Below are positions 9,539-19,664 of a stretch of DNA of 64,000 nucleotides, in pieces (within the stretch, counting starts at the first letter, position 1; every line of letters begins with the position of its first letter). The stretch comes from Microthrixaceae bacterium. GTDB taxonomy: Bacteria > Actinomycetota > Acidimicrobiia > Acidimicrobiales > Microtrichaceae. The notes beneath the pieces were generated by a model that was given only the letters and a program-made list of their open reading frames with translations, was not told the DNA's origin and did no database searches. Made by a program: the position numbers and the translations under genes. The DNA is taken from contig JBAOIR010000041.1 of the NCBI GenBank assembly GCA_037045585.1, positions 24,112-88,111 on the forward strand. The letters are read 5' to 3'.

Positions 9539-11540
9539 GTGACCGGATCCGCCACGTTTCCGTTGCTCACGGCGCCGACCGCGATCGGCCCGTTGGCGCT
9601 GCGGAACCGCATGGTCATGTGCCCGATGGGCGACGATCTCGCCGAGCCCGGCGGCGCGATCTCCGAACGTCAGCTCGCGTACTACGAGGCCCGCGCCGCC
9701 GGCGGTGCCGGGCTGCTGCTGGTGGGCTCGGTCGGGGTCCACACGAGCGGCCGCACGACGCCCGAGCAAACCGGCGCCCACCTCGACGACCACGTCGAGG
9801 GCCTGCGCCGCCTCGCCGACGTCGTGCACTCGCACGGCGCCGCCATCGGGGCGCAGCTCGTCCACTGCGGCCCCAACGCGGTGCTCGACATGGCCGAGGG
9901 CCGACCCGTTCTGGTGCCGTCACGGCCCGGTCGCCTCCAGATGGACGCGCTCTCGGGCATGGTCACGCCCGACGAGATGGCGGCAATGACCGAACCGTTC
10001 ACCCGGCCGACGTCGTCGTTCGCGCATCACGTCGCCACCGACGACGACCTGGCCGCGGTCGTCGCATGGTACGCGGCCGCGGCCGTCCGCCTCCGTGACG
10101 CCGGGTTCGACGCGATCGAGATCCACGCGGGCCACGGCTACCTCATCGACACGTTCCTCTCCCCCGCCTCCAACCACCGTGACGATGCGTGGGGCGGCGA
10201 CGTCGCCGGCCGGTCCCGGCTCCTCGTCGAGGTGCTGACCGCGGTGCGTGCCGAGGTCCGCGACACCATGGCGGTCTGGCTGCGCCTCAACGCCCGGGAG
10301 GTGCACAAGGAGGGCGGTGAGACCATCGAGGATGCGATCGCCGTCGCCCGCATCGCCGAAGCTGCCGGCGCCGACGCGGTGCACGTCACCGCGTACGCCG
10401 CAATGGGTTCGGCCACCGGCATCACGGCGTCGCACACGCCGCACACCCCCGGTGCCCGTGTCGCCGACGCGGCGGCCGTCAAGCGTGCGGTCGGCATCCC
10501 CGTGATCACCTACGGCCGACTCGACGCCGAGGCCGCCGAAGCAGCGCTCGCCGACGGCAGCGCCGATCTGGTGGCGTTCGGCCGTACGTTGCTGGCCGGC
10601 CCCGACCTACCGGCGGCGATCGCCGCGGGGCGCCCCGGCCGACGCGCGCCCCTGCGCCTACCAGTACCGCTGCATCGGCAACATCTTCCTCCACCGCTCT
10701 CTCGCCTCCGCGGTCAACCCGGACACCACTCGCGAGGTCGAGCTCCGCGTCCGTCCGACGGTGGCGCCCGAACACGTGCTCGTCGTCGGCGGGGGCCCCG
10801 TCGGGCTCGAGGTCGCGCAACGGTTGGCGGCGTCCGGCCATCGGGTCGACCTCTGGGAGCAGACCGATCGCCTCGGTGGCAACCTCGTGCTGGCCGGCCG
10901 GGCCGATCCGGCCCTCGCCCCGCTGCTCGCCTGGTTGGCCGGTGCCGCCGAGCGCACCGGCGTCACCATCGGTCTCGGTCGTCGGGCGACGGCCGCAGCG
11001 GTCGACGAGCTCGCCCCCGACCGCGTGATCGTCGCGACCGGCGCCCGCTGGCAGCGTCCCGGCGCCCAGGGTGGTCCGCCGGTCCTGACCCCCGACGACC
11101 TCCGGGCAGATCCCGACGCTTCCTTCGCCAGGCTCCCCGAACGCCTGGTGGTACTCGGCTCCGGCAAGGTTGCGGTGTCGCTCGCCGGGGCGTTCGCCGC
11201 TCTGGGCCGCGAGGTTGCGCTGGTCACCGACGACGCAGTGCTGGCCCCCGAGATCGGCACGCCGGGCCGCTTCCGGCTCGTCGACGACCTCGAACGAGCG
11301 GGGGTCGCGCTGCATCTCTCGGCGACGTTCGAGCGGCTGGATCCCGACGGCGTGGTGCTCGCCGACGGTGCGGTCGTGTCGGCCGGAGCGGTGATCGCCG
11401 CCACCGGTCGCGATCCGTCGACCGACCTCGCCGACGAGCTGCGTGCCGGTGGCCGGCAGGTCGACGTCATCGGCGACGCCACGGGGCTCTTCGGGTTGGA
11501 GTCGGGGCTCCTCGCCGCGGCCCGCCTCGCAGTGGGCTGA
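9539..11540 (+). CDS. NADH:flavin oxidoreductase / 2,4-dienoyl-CoA reductase-like protein (OYE barrel plus FAD/NAD(P) domain), one frame break
   Basis: The N-terminal half, in the frame of ORF 8012..11671 from GTG 9539, has MCPMGDDL, EIHAGHGYLIDTFLSP.SN.R.D.WGG. After about 10630-10650 the protein continues in the frame of ORF 10761..11540 with CAYQYRCIGNIF.., VLVVGGGPVGLEVA. Confidence 0.8.
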
Positions 11541-11597
11541 GCGCTCCGGCCCGAAGGTCGGTCGGCGGTACGACGCTACGTCCGTCCGCGACCGAAT

Positions 11598-11639
11598 CCG
11601 TGCAGGACGTGACGGCGTCTGCCGTCACGCCCTGCACGG
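11598..11639. terminator. 19-bp stem hairpin between convergent genes
   Basis: CCGTGCAGGACGTGACGGC gtct GCCGTCACGCCCTGCACGG pairs 18 of 19 positions. It lies between stop 11540 (+) and stop 11646 (-). Confidence 0.6.
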
Positions 11640-11645
11640 AGTACG

Positions 11646-14600
11646 TCAGAGGGCCAGGCCGTCGCGGGTGAACCTGTCGATGTCGCTCTTCACCCACGAC
11701 TGGCTGTAGATGCCGAACCCGAACTTGAAGTTCGAGAGCCCGAGGCTGACCAGCTGACCGTTCGTCACCCGGAGCGAGAACGTCACCCCGACGTTGACCT
11801 GCAGCAGGACGACGAAGAAGCGGTAGTTCATCGTCACGCTGTTGAGCGAGAGGTCGAGACCGCCCTGCGGCGTCGACGCCAGCCGGACATCGATGTTGGT
11901 CAGGTCGAGCTTCGACCCGAAGTACCCCGCGTTCTGGTACAGGTTCACGGCCGCGATGCGGGCGGTGACGACGAACGACGAGACGCCGTCGACCATCTTG
12001 ATCGAGCCCGACAGGACCTCGTTGTTGTTGAGGATCACCTTGCCCTGGAGCCCGCAGCCCTTCGCAGCGACGTTGACGCCGACCGACCAATCGGTGGCGG
12101 ACGTGTAGGACAACGAACCCGACGCCGTCACCGTGCCGACGGGGCAGGCAAGCTTCACGGTGCCCGAGACGCCGCTCGTTCCGGTGTTGGTCAGCTTGAA
12201 CGACGCTGCGGTGAGGACGGTGCCCGACGTGAGCGCCACGGTGCCCGACAGGGACCCGTTGAGGTTGAACACGACCGGTGCGCCGCGCACCGACGAGAAG
12301 GTCCCGCTGAACGTGGCCCGGCCCGTCGTACCGATGGCGATCCGGGTGCCGGTGAGGGCGAACGAGAAGCTGCCGTCGGATGACACCGATCCGGTGAAGG
12401 CCAGGCCGTCGGACGACCGGGCGCCGACACCGACGCTGTACCCACCGGTGCCGCCCTTGACGTCGAGATCGAGCTGCCAGCTTCCGAACGGCAGGCCGGC
12501 GCCGGTGGCGGTCGCCGTGCCGGCGATCCGCAGGCTGGCCGCACCGGCGACCGAGGCGAGAGTGCCCGAGAAGGTCGTGGCGCCGAGCTGGACGTCACGT
12601 GCGATCGCGCACCCCGCCGTCGATGCGCTGACCCCGAAGCTCCAGTTCGCCGCATCGGCGACGACGGTGTCGAAGCCGGCCGACAGCGACCCACCGGCGA
12701 CGCAGGCCAGTTGTACCTGGCCGCTCAGCCGCAGGCCCGTCGACGAGAGGTCGGCGTTGAGCGACGCTGCGGTCAGCGAGTTGGTGAGGCTGAGCGGTGC
12801 GTTGATCTGGGCGTGCAGGTTGCCGCTGACGGGGCCACCGGCAACGGCACGGCGCACCGAGCCCGTCGCCACGAAGCGGGTGCCCACGACGGTCACGGCC
12901 GCAGAACCGGTGAGGGTGAACGTGCCGTCGGCACCCACGGCGCCGGTGAGGCTGCCGCTGATCGCCGACGAGGTGGCGGCCAGGTCGGCGCGGAGGCCAG
13001 AGGCGTCGAGCACGAGGTTGGCCGACACGTCCCAGGCGTTCGTCGACCCGAGGGGCAGGAAGCTGTCGGTGATCCGCGAGCTGAGGGCGAGGCGGGCCGA
13101 GGTGGCGCCGGACACGGTGGCGACCGTGCCGCTGAACGACGACCCGGCGCCGAGCACCAGGCCCTGGGTGACCTCGCAGCCGGCGGCGGGAACGGACCCC
13201 GTGAGCGATGCAGACCAGTTGGCCGTGTCGGTGACCGCGGTGGAGATGGTGCCCACGAGGACTCCGCCGGCGTTGCGGCACGCCAGTTGCGCCGTGGCCG
13301 TGAGACGGAGCCCGGTGGACGTGAGTGAGAACCGGACGTCGACGAGCTTCAGCGCCGAGCTGACGGTGATGTCCTGGCCGGTGCCCGAACCGGTGAGGGC
13401 GGTGAGGTGACCGGCAGCGTCGACGACGACGGCGAACTCCCCGCTCACCGACACCCCGCCGGCCAGCTGGATCGAACCGGTGAGGGTGAGGTCGACCCCG
13501 CCCGACGAGGTGCGGGCGAGGTGCAGGGTGCCGCCGACGACCGTCGTCGAGCCGATCGTCAGGGGGGCCGAGATGGCGCCGGAGAGGTCGAGCTGGGTGA
13601 CCGCGGTGCCCGCGATCGTCGCCGACCCGGCAAGGTGCACCGCCGTGCCGTTGAGGGTCAGGTCGAGCCCACCGTTCATCTGGGCGGCGTCGGGCGTGCC
13701 GGTGATCTCGAAGTTCACTCCGGCGGCCGCCCACGGGCCGACGTTGCCGCTCCCGGTGAACGACGTGTGCACGGCGCCGGCGGCGGTGGCGCCGACGACG
13801 GCGGTGCCGCTCACGGCGATCGGGGTGCCGTCGGCGAGTGCGCCGCCGTAGGACGCGGCAGCGGTGCCGGACAACGTTTCCAGGCGGGCGTTGTCACCGT
13901 CGTAGACGAGCTGCCCGTTCACGCTGGCGCTGCCGCCGGGGAACTGCAGGCCGAACACTCCGGAGATGGTGGCCCGCTGGCCGACGAGTCCGATCGAGAG
14001 GTTCGACGGGGTGAGTTCGACGCTGCCGAGGCGCCCGGACGCCGAGAGCGACAGCGTCGCGACGTTGCCGGTGATCGACACGGTTGCCTGACCGGAGAGC
14101 TGGGCCGGGCTGCCGTCGGGGAGGTCGCCACGGAGGTCGACCGACGCCGACCCGGAACCGGTCACGACGGTGCCGTCGGGGGCGAGTTCGAGCGACAGGT
14201 CGAGGCCGACCGAGGACGGCCCGATGGCGGCCGTGCCGGCGACCTCGAGACGGGTCGTCTGGTTGCCACCGGCCCGCAGCCGCAGGTGGGTGCCGCTCAG
14301 GGTGAGGCCCTGGAAGAGCAGGCGGCCGGCATCGGCACGGAGGTCGACGCTCACGGTGCCGTAGAAATTCTTGACGGTGCCGGAGAACGAGAAGGCGTCG
14401 GGCGCGAACCCGGGCACGGTGATGCCACCGGCGGGCGTCGACACGTTGAGCTCGTAGTTGTCGAGGTCGCGGAGATCACCGACGAAGTTGAGGTAGGTCG
14501 ACACACCGTTGAGGCGGAGCAGGACCGTTCCGTTGACGAACCAGTAGAGGTAGATGCCGTAGTACGGGTCGTTGCCGACGCGCAGCTCGGTGTTGAACAC

Positions 14601-15002
14601 ACCGATCGCGACGTTGTCGACGACGAGGGTGCCCTCGCCGACGGCGGGGGTCGCCCCGCCCTGGCCGCGGGTTGCGGCGCCGACGCGGCTGCGCCCGTGG
14701 AGCTCGGCCGCCGGGCGCCGGAACACGCCCCCGTCGAGTGCCACGCGGGCCCCCTCGGCCTGACAGGTCTCGCCGGTGGCGTGCACCACGTCGGCGTCGA
14801 CGAGCGTGCCGTCGGGAAGGGCGACCCCCGAGGCCGACAGGCCGTCGTAGGGGCGCAGTGCGTCCCACACGGCGCAGTACGCCGCTGGTCGTCCCGCCGG
14901 TTCGCCGTCGGCGCTCGCCACCGAGGCGCCCTCGAAGCCGAGCCCGATCAGGCCTGCCACCACTGCGATCGCCAGCGCGATCCTGCTCCGTCGTCCCCGC
15001 AC
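11646..15002 (-). CDS. Large secreted Gly/Ser/Thr/Ala/Val-rich repeat protein (1118 aa), function unknown
   Basis: GTG 15002 is preceded by GGGGAGGG 4 nt upstream. The signal peptide is VRGRRSRIALAIAVVAGLIGLGFEGASVASA. The long beta-rich, low-charge sequence has no family I can name, no LPXTG/LAXTG motif and no TM anchor. A possible promoter is TTCGGA-N16-TACTAT at 15067..15040 (-). Confidence 0.75.
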   Translation of the reverse strand: MRGRRSRIALAIAVVAGLIGLGFEGASVASADGEPAGRPAAYCAVWDALRPYDGLSASGVALPDGTLVDADVVHATGETCQAEGARVALDGGVFRRPAAELHGRSRVGAATRGQGGATPAVGEGTLVVDNVAIGVFNTELRVGNDPYYGIYLYWFVNGTVLLRLNGVSTYLNFVGDLRDLDNYELNVSTPAGGITVPGFAPDAFSFSGTVKNFYGTVSVDLRADAGRLLFQGLTLSGTHLRLRAGGNQTTRLEVAGTAAIGPSSVGLDLSLELAPDGTVVTGSGSASVDLRGDLPDGSPAQLSGQATVSITGNVATLSLSASGRLGSVELTPSNLSIGLVGQRATISGVFGLQFPGGSASVNGQLVYDGDNARLETLSGTAAASYGGALADGTPIAVSGTAVVGATAAGAVHTSFTGSGNVGPWAAAGVNFEITGTPDAAQMNGGLDLTLNGTAVHLAGSATIAGTAVTQLDLSGAISAPLTIGSTTVVGGTLHLARTSSGGVDLTLTGSIQLAGGVSVSGEFAVVVDAAGHLTALTGSGTGQDITVSSALKLVDVRFSLTSTGLRLTATAQLACRNAGGVLVGTISTAVTDTANWSASLTGSVPAAGCEVTQGLVLGAGSSFSGTVATVSGATSARLALSSRITDSFLPLGSTNAWDVSANLVLDASGLRADLAATSSAISGSLTGAVGADGTFTLTGSAAVTVVGTRFVATGSVRRAVAGGPVSGNLHAQINAPLSLTNSLTAASLNADLSSTGLRLSGQVQLACVAGGSLSAGFDTVVADAANWSFGVSASTAGCAIARDVQLGATTFSGTLASVAGAASLRIAGTATATGAGLPFGSWQLDLDVKGGTGGYSVGVGARSSDGLAFTGSVSSDGSFSFALTGTRIAIGTTGRATFSGTFSSVRGAPVVFNLNGSLSGTVALTSGTVLTAASFKLTNTGTSGVSGTVKLACPVGTVTASGSLSYTSATDWSVGVNVAAKGCGLQGKVILNNNEVLSGSIKMVDGVSSFVVTARIAAVNLYQNAGYFGSKLDLTNIDVRLASTPQGGLDLSLNSVTMNYRFFVVLLQVNVGVTFSLRVTNGQLVSLGLSNFKFGFGIYSQSWVKSDIDRFTRDGLAL
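11649..13328 (-). repeat. Three tandem ~185-aa coding modules, each with one conserved Cys pair
   Basis: Modules lie at 12753..13328, 12195..12752 and 11649..12194. They share STGLRL..xQLAC..GG...(A/T)(N/D)WS.....GC......L......FSGT(V/L)A.V.GA.S. Cysteines occur only in these pairs: LACRNAGG/AAGCEV, LACVAGG/TAGCAI, LACPVG/AKGCGL. Confidence 0.7.
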
Positions 15003-15115
15003 GTTCCCTCCCCAGATGAACCGACGAGGAACGTAACAAATAGTATGGCAGTCGGCAACTGTCCGAACCTGAACGAAGCTGCCCGAACTGGGACTGGCCC
15101 GCGGGGTCGGCAGGG

Positions 15116-15976
15116 TCAGCCGCCGAAGGAACGGAGCATCGCGGTCTGCGTCACGGTCGCGACGTGAGCTCCCGACTCGCTCCACAGGTGCACCACACCG
15201 CTCGCGAGCCCGTTGCCCACGTCGGTGCACAACGAGTCGATGCCGATCCATCGGCCGCTGATCGGGGCGAGGACCTGGATGCCGATCTGCAGCGACACGC
15301 TGCCGACGGGGGTGTCGCCGCCGCCGAGGGCCACGACAAGCGCGGAGCCCAACGAGTCGCCGGGGATCGGGAGCAGGGCCGGGGCCCAGTCGACGTCGAG
15401 CGGCGCGGGCGGGTCGGTGAAGCGAAACCACAGCGCCAGCCGCGGCACCGGGCTGCCGGCGACAACCGGGCGCGTCGGCGTGGGCCGGATCGCGGCGAGG
15501 TGCCACACGGTGTTGTCGAGGAACCCGAGCTCGAACCGGTCGTCGGCCGGCACCGCCGACTCGACGACGTCGCCGGGCGGCTCGCTCAGCTCCACCGGAC
15601 GTTCGAGCGGCGACAACCTCGGGCCCTCCAGCTCGGGATCGGTGAACACCGCGGTGAGCACAACGTTCGCCCCGCCGTCGGTCCAGTGCTGGTCACGGAG
15701 CGTCGCGTGGACCTGAGCGCCCCGACGGCCGCTGCGCAGCACCTCGACCTCGGTCGTGACCGGCCCGCACGCCACCGGCCGACAGAACGTCGCACTGGCG
15801 CTCGCGAGCGTGAGGTCCGGACGGTCGAGCACCGCCTCGATGGCCCGCAGGGCCGCCGCCATCACCACACCGCCCTGGGCGTACACGAGGCCCCACGCGT
15901 CGGTGATCACACACGTGGGCGAGTTCGGATCGGATGGATCGACGACCGGGGTCGTGTCCGTGAAGATGTTCGGCAC
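15116..15976 (-). CDS. Acyl-CoA thioesterase II-like (double hot-dog) protein
   Basis: 286 aa. Two-lobed pattern with GGVVMAAALRA in the N-terminal lobe and an HLWSE.G..VA.V.Q.A-type C-terminus. Assigned by resemblance only. Confidence 0.55.
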   Translation of the reverse strand: MPNIFTDTTPVVDPSDPNSPTCVITDAWGLVYAQGGVVMAAALRAIEAVLDRPDLTLASASATFCRPVACGPVTTEVEVLRSGRRGAQVHATLRDQHWTDGGANVVLTAVFTDPELEGPRLSPLERPVELSEPPGDVVESAVPADDRFELGFLDNTVWHLAAIRPTPTRPVVAGSPVPRLALWFRFTDPPAPLDVDWAPALLPIPGDSLGSALVVALGGGDTPVGSVSLQIGIQVLAPISGRWIGIDSLCTDVGNGLASGVVHLWSESGAHVATVTQTAMLRSFGG

Positions 15977-16207
15977 CGCATCGTCCCTTCGCTCGCGGTC
16001 GGTACGACGAACTTACTGGACAGGTGTCCAGGAAAGGATCGGGGGATCGAGGTGATCTGTCACGGTCGGTGTTCTCAAGCATCGGCCCGGCACCGCCGAT
16101 ACTCCGACTACGCCCCGAGAGGGCACACGTTCGTTCGAACGCACAGCCTCCCGCTCGGTGCATGGTCGACGGACACGACGCGACCTCTCCACCTCGGAAG
16201 TAGCGCT

Positions 16208-17252
16208 ATGCCTCGAACACGAACCAGCCACGCCAGCACGAACGCGCCCCGGCGCCATCGGTCGGCGTGTCCCCGTCTTGCCCTCGTCGGCGTCGCCGTC
16301 GTGGCCCCCACGCTCTGGTTCGCCCTTCCCGCCGCCGCTGCCGTCGCACCGATCGGCCTCGGGACGGCGTCGTCGTTCTCGGTCCTCGCCGGGGCCGGCA
16401 TCACCAACACCGGGCCCACGACGATGTGGGGCGACGCCGGCACGTTCGCCACCACCAGCGAGAGCGGCTTCGGCACCGTCACGATCCTCGGGACGAACCA
16501 CGGCGGCGATGCCGTCACCCAGCTGGCCAAGAACGACCTCACCACCGCGTGCACAACCAGGCGGCAGCGAGTGCACCGCCCACGAATGTCGCCGACGAGC
16601 TCGGCGGACTGACCCTGACACCCGGCGTGTACGACGGCGCAGCGCTGCAGCTCACCGGCACGCTCACGCTCGACACCCTGGGCGACCCCAACGCCGTGTT
16701 CGTCTTCCGGACGGGCTCGACGCTCATCACCGCGAGCTCGAGTGACGTGATCGTGCTCGGCGGGGGCGTCGCCTGCAACGTGTTCTGGCAGGTGCCCAGC
16801 TCGGCCACCCTCGGGACCGCGTCGCACCTGATCGGCACGGTGATGGCCTCGACGTCCATCACGGCGAACACCGGCGCCACCATCGTGGGCCGACTCCTCG
16901 CCTCGACAGGAGCAGTCACCCTCGACAGCAACACCCTGACCAACACCGGGTGCGCCGACTCGACGATGAGCACCACGACGTCGACCACGACGTCGACCAC
17001 ACCGCCGACGACAGCCCCACCGACCACCGCGGCCGCCGTGCCCACGAGCTCGACGACGCCGACGGGTCGTCGACACCCACGACGACGCCCGGCGACATCA
17101 CCCAGGGTGAGCGACCCCCGTTGGCCTTCACCGGCCCCGGTCGCTCCGTCCCGTTCGCCGTGACTGCGGGGGTGTCGCTGTTCGTGGGCACGGCCGCGCT
17201 GCGGATCCGTCGCCACCGCCTGCGAGCCGCCGGATCGCCCGGTTCAGCCTGA
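16208..17252 (+). CDS. DUF3494 (ice-binding-like fold) surface protein with LAxTG sortase signal, two frame breaks
   Basis: Signal peptide, then LGTASSFSVLAGAGITNTGPTTMWGD (ORF 15164 frame). It continues as NQAAASAPP..LGGLTLTPGVY..DPNAVFVFR.GSTL..VFWQV.SSATLGT.SHL.GTV.A..SIT (ORF 16267 frame). A Thr/Pro linker follows, then LAFTGPGRSVPFAVTAGVSLFVGTAALRIRRHR (ORF 16950 frame). The breaks are near 16550 and 17065. Confidence 0.75.
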
Positions 17253-17805
17253 CCGGAACGCCGGCGTGAGGAACGCTTCGAGGAAGTCGACGAGCGACGC
17301 CCGGTCGTCGACATCCACCGCCCTCCCCGGGATACCGACGAGGGACACGACCGCCCGGATCACCCACTCGGCGCCGGCGTCGAGGTCGACGCCCTCGTCG
17401 ATGACCCCCCTTGCCTGCGCCCGACGCAGCTGATCGGTCCAGAACCCCGAGAGTCCGGGCACGATCTCGTGCACGAACGTGCCCATGACCGCTGCGTACT
17501 CGGCCGGCTCGGTCTCGGCGAGCTGCAGTGCCAGCGAGCCGAGGGGCGCCGCCCGCGACAGGAGCACGGCCTCGGCGACCATGCCGGCAAGGCCGTCCGC
17601 GGCCGCCACACGCTGATCGGCCTCGGCCCAGAAGGCCTCGTCACGACGGATCAACGCTGCCGACACGAGGGTCGGCTTGTCGGCGAAGAACCGGTACACG
17701 TAGGCGCGAGATGTCGGCCTCGGCCGCGACCGCAGCGACCGTGGTTCGCCGGATGCCGTCGCGACGCAGGCAGGCCTCGGCGGCATCGAGGATCCGTTCC
17801 CGCAT
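17244..17805 (-). CDS. TetR family transcriptional regulator, one frame break
   Basis: ATG 17805. MRERILDAAEACLRRDGIRRTTVAAVAAEADISR (ORF 17641..17946 frame) continues as AYVYRFFADKPTLV.. in ORF 17244..18044. One base is missing near 17705. Confidence 0.8.
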
Positions 17806-17841
17806 GTCGGGGTGATGCCCCGCCCGCTGCTGCACGTCGAG

Positions 17842-17875
17842 CACAGTACACACTTTGTGAGAAGTGTGTACTGTG
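17842..17875. promoter_or_regulatory. Perfect inverted repeat, candidate TetR operator
   Basis: CACAGTACACACTT tgtgag AAGTGTGTACTGTG: 14-bp perfect arms. It is centred in the 121-bp divergent region between TetR (ATG 17805) and the DUF3556 gene (ATG 17927). Confidence 0.65.
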
Positions 17876-17926
17876 GCTCCCGCACCGGGCCGCAACGGTT
17901 CCGGCGCTCGTCGAGGGGGACACGCG

Positions 17927-19627
17927 ATGGGATTCCTGCAGCCCAACCTGCCGGTCGTCGATCACGAGGAGTGGGGCCGGCTCCCCCGCCAGGAACGGCT
18001 GGCGCCCATGGCCCGGCACTTCGCCGAGTTCGGCTTCGGATCACCCGACGTCGTCATCCTCTTCTACCTGTTCAAGATCGTGCTCTATGTGGCCGGCGGA
18101 TGGGCGTTCGTGCTCACGACGCCGGGCATCGACGGGTTCTTCGATCCGGGCTCGTGGTGGACCCGACCCGAGGTGTTCTTCAAGTTCGCACTCTGGACGT
18201 CGCTGTTCGAGGTGCTCGGCCTCGGATGCGGGTTCGGGCCGCTCAACCTGCGCTTCGTTCCACCGATGGGCTCGTTCCTCTACTGGCTGCGGCCCGGCAC
18301 CATCCGCCTGCCCGCCGGCAACGGTCGTCTCCCGCTCACCCGGGGCGACACCCGTACGGTCGTCGACGCCGTGCTCTACGCCGGGCTCCTGGTCTCGCTC
18401 GTCGTCGGTCTCTGGGGCGCGCTGACCCGCACCGAGGTCGTGGTCGCGCTGGCGTTCCTCGCACTCATCGGGCTCCGCGACCAGACGATCTTCCTCGCGG
18501 CACGCGGCGAGGTCTACGGCACGCTCCTGCTCGCCTACCTGTTCGCCGCCGGCGATCAGATCACCGCTGCCAAGCTCGTCCTCGTCGTCATCTGGTGGGG
18601 TGCCGCCGCCTCGAAGATCAACCAGCACTTCCCCTTCGTCGTCTCCGCGATGCTCAGCAACAGCCCGCTCTGGCGGTTCGGCAACGTCAAGCGGCGCCTG
18701 CACCGCAACTTCCCTGACGACCTCCGCCCCGGCCGCATCCCCACCCTCCTCGCCCACGGCGGCACCGTCGTCGAGTTCGCTGCGCCGGCGGTGATGCTCG
18801 TCACGAGCGGCTGGCCGCTCTACATCGCCGCCGCCGTGATGATCGGCTTCCACCTGATCATCCTCACCAGCTTCCCGATGGGCGTCCCGCTCGAATGGAA
18901 CGTGTTCATGATCGGGGGCATCGTCACGATGTTCCTCGGCCACGAGGGGCTCCACCTCGGCGACCTCCGGCAGCCGGCGTTGGTGGGGTTGCTCATCGTG
19001 GCGCTCGTCGCGATGGTCGTCTACGGCAACCTCGTCCCCCGCAACGTGTCGTTCCTGCTGTCCATGCGGTACTACGCCGGCAACTGGGCCGCCACGTTCT
19101 GGTGCTTCCGTGGCGACGCCCTCGAACGCTTCGACGCCAACGTCGTGAAGGCGTCGATGCTCCCCCACCAGCAGCTCGAGCAGGTGTACGGCAGCGCCGA
19201 GGACGCCGCCGTGCCGCTGCACATGGGGTACGCGTTCCGTGGGTTCCACACCCACGGCCGGGCGCTGTGGACCCTCGTGCCGAGGGCGTGCGGACCCGAG
19301 CACGAGGACTACCTGGTGCTCGACGGCGAGCTCGTGGCCGGCACCGCGCTCGGATGGAACTTCGGCGACGGACATCTCCACGACGAGCAGCTGATCGCCG
19401 CGTTGCAGTCACGCTGCGACTTCCGGCCCGGCGACGTCCGGGTCGTGTTCCTCGAGTCCCAGCCGTTCCACCGCCGCACCCAGGAGTACCGCCTCATCGA
19501 CGCCGCGACCGGCGAGATCGAACGCGGGTGGGTCGACGTGAACGACCTCGTCGAGGCTCAACCGACCGACGCGAACGTGCCGGTGCACCTGCACCCCCAG
19601 GCTTCCGGTCGCGAGATCGCCCGCTGA
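17927..19627 (+). CDS. DUF3556 family transmembrane protein
   Basis: 566 aa from ATG 17927 (MGFLQPNLPVVDHEEWGRLPRQERL..). It has multiple TM helices and a soluble C-terminal domain, as in the actinobacterial DUF3556 family. Confidence 0.7.
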   Translation: MGFLQPNLPVVDHEEWGRLPRQERLAPMARHFAEFGFGSPDVVILFYLFKIVLYVAGGWAFVLTTPGIDGFFDPGSWWTRPEVFFKFALWTSLFEVLGLGCGFGPLNLRFVPPMGSFLYWLRPGTIRLPAGNGRLPLTRGDTRTVVDAVLYAGLLVSLVVGLWGALTRTEVVVALAFLALIGLRDQTIFLAARGEVYGTLLLAYLFAAGDQITAAKLVLVVIWWGAAASKINQHFPFVVSAMLSNSPLWRFGNVKRRLHRNFPDDLRPGRIPTLLAHGGTVVEFAAPAVMLVTSGWPLYIAAAVMIGFHLIILTSFPMGVPLEWNVFMIGGIVTMFLGHEGLHLGDLRQPALVGLLIVALVAMVVYGNLVPRNVSFLLSMRYYAGNWAATFWCFRGDALERFDANVVKASMLPHQQLEQVYGSAEDAAVPLHMGYAFRGFHTHGRALWTLVPRACGPEHEDYLVLDGELVAGTALGWNFGDGHLHDEQLIAALQSRCDFRPGDVRVVFLESQPFHRRTQEYRLIDAATGEIERGWVDVNDLVEAQPTDANVPVHLHPQASGREIAR

Positions 19628-19664
19628 GCGGGCGACAACGCGACCAGAACCGGAGGGATTCGGG

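Noticed and set aside
12133-15167. Plus-strand ORFs 12133..13410 and 13407..15167, opposite the giant secreted-protein gene.
   Set aside because: Same high-GC antisense artefact. The minus-strand frame has the signal peptide, the Shine-Dalgarno sequence and an internally consistent module structure.
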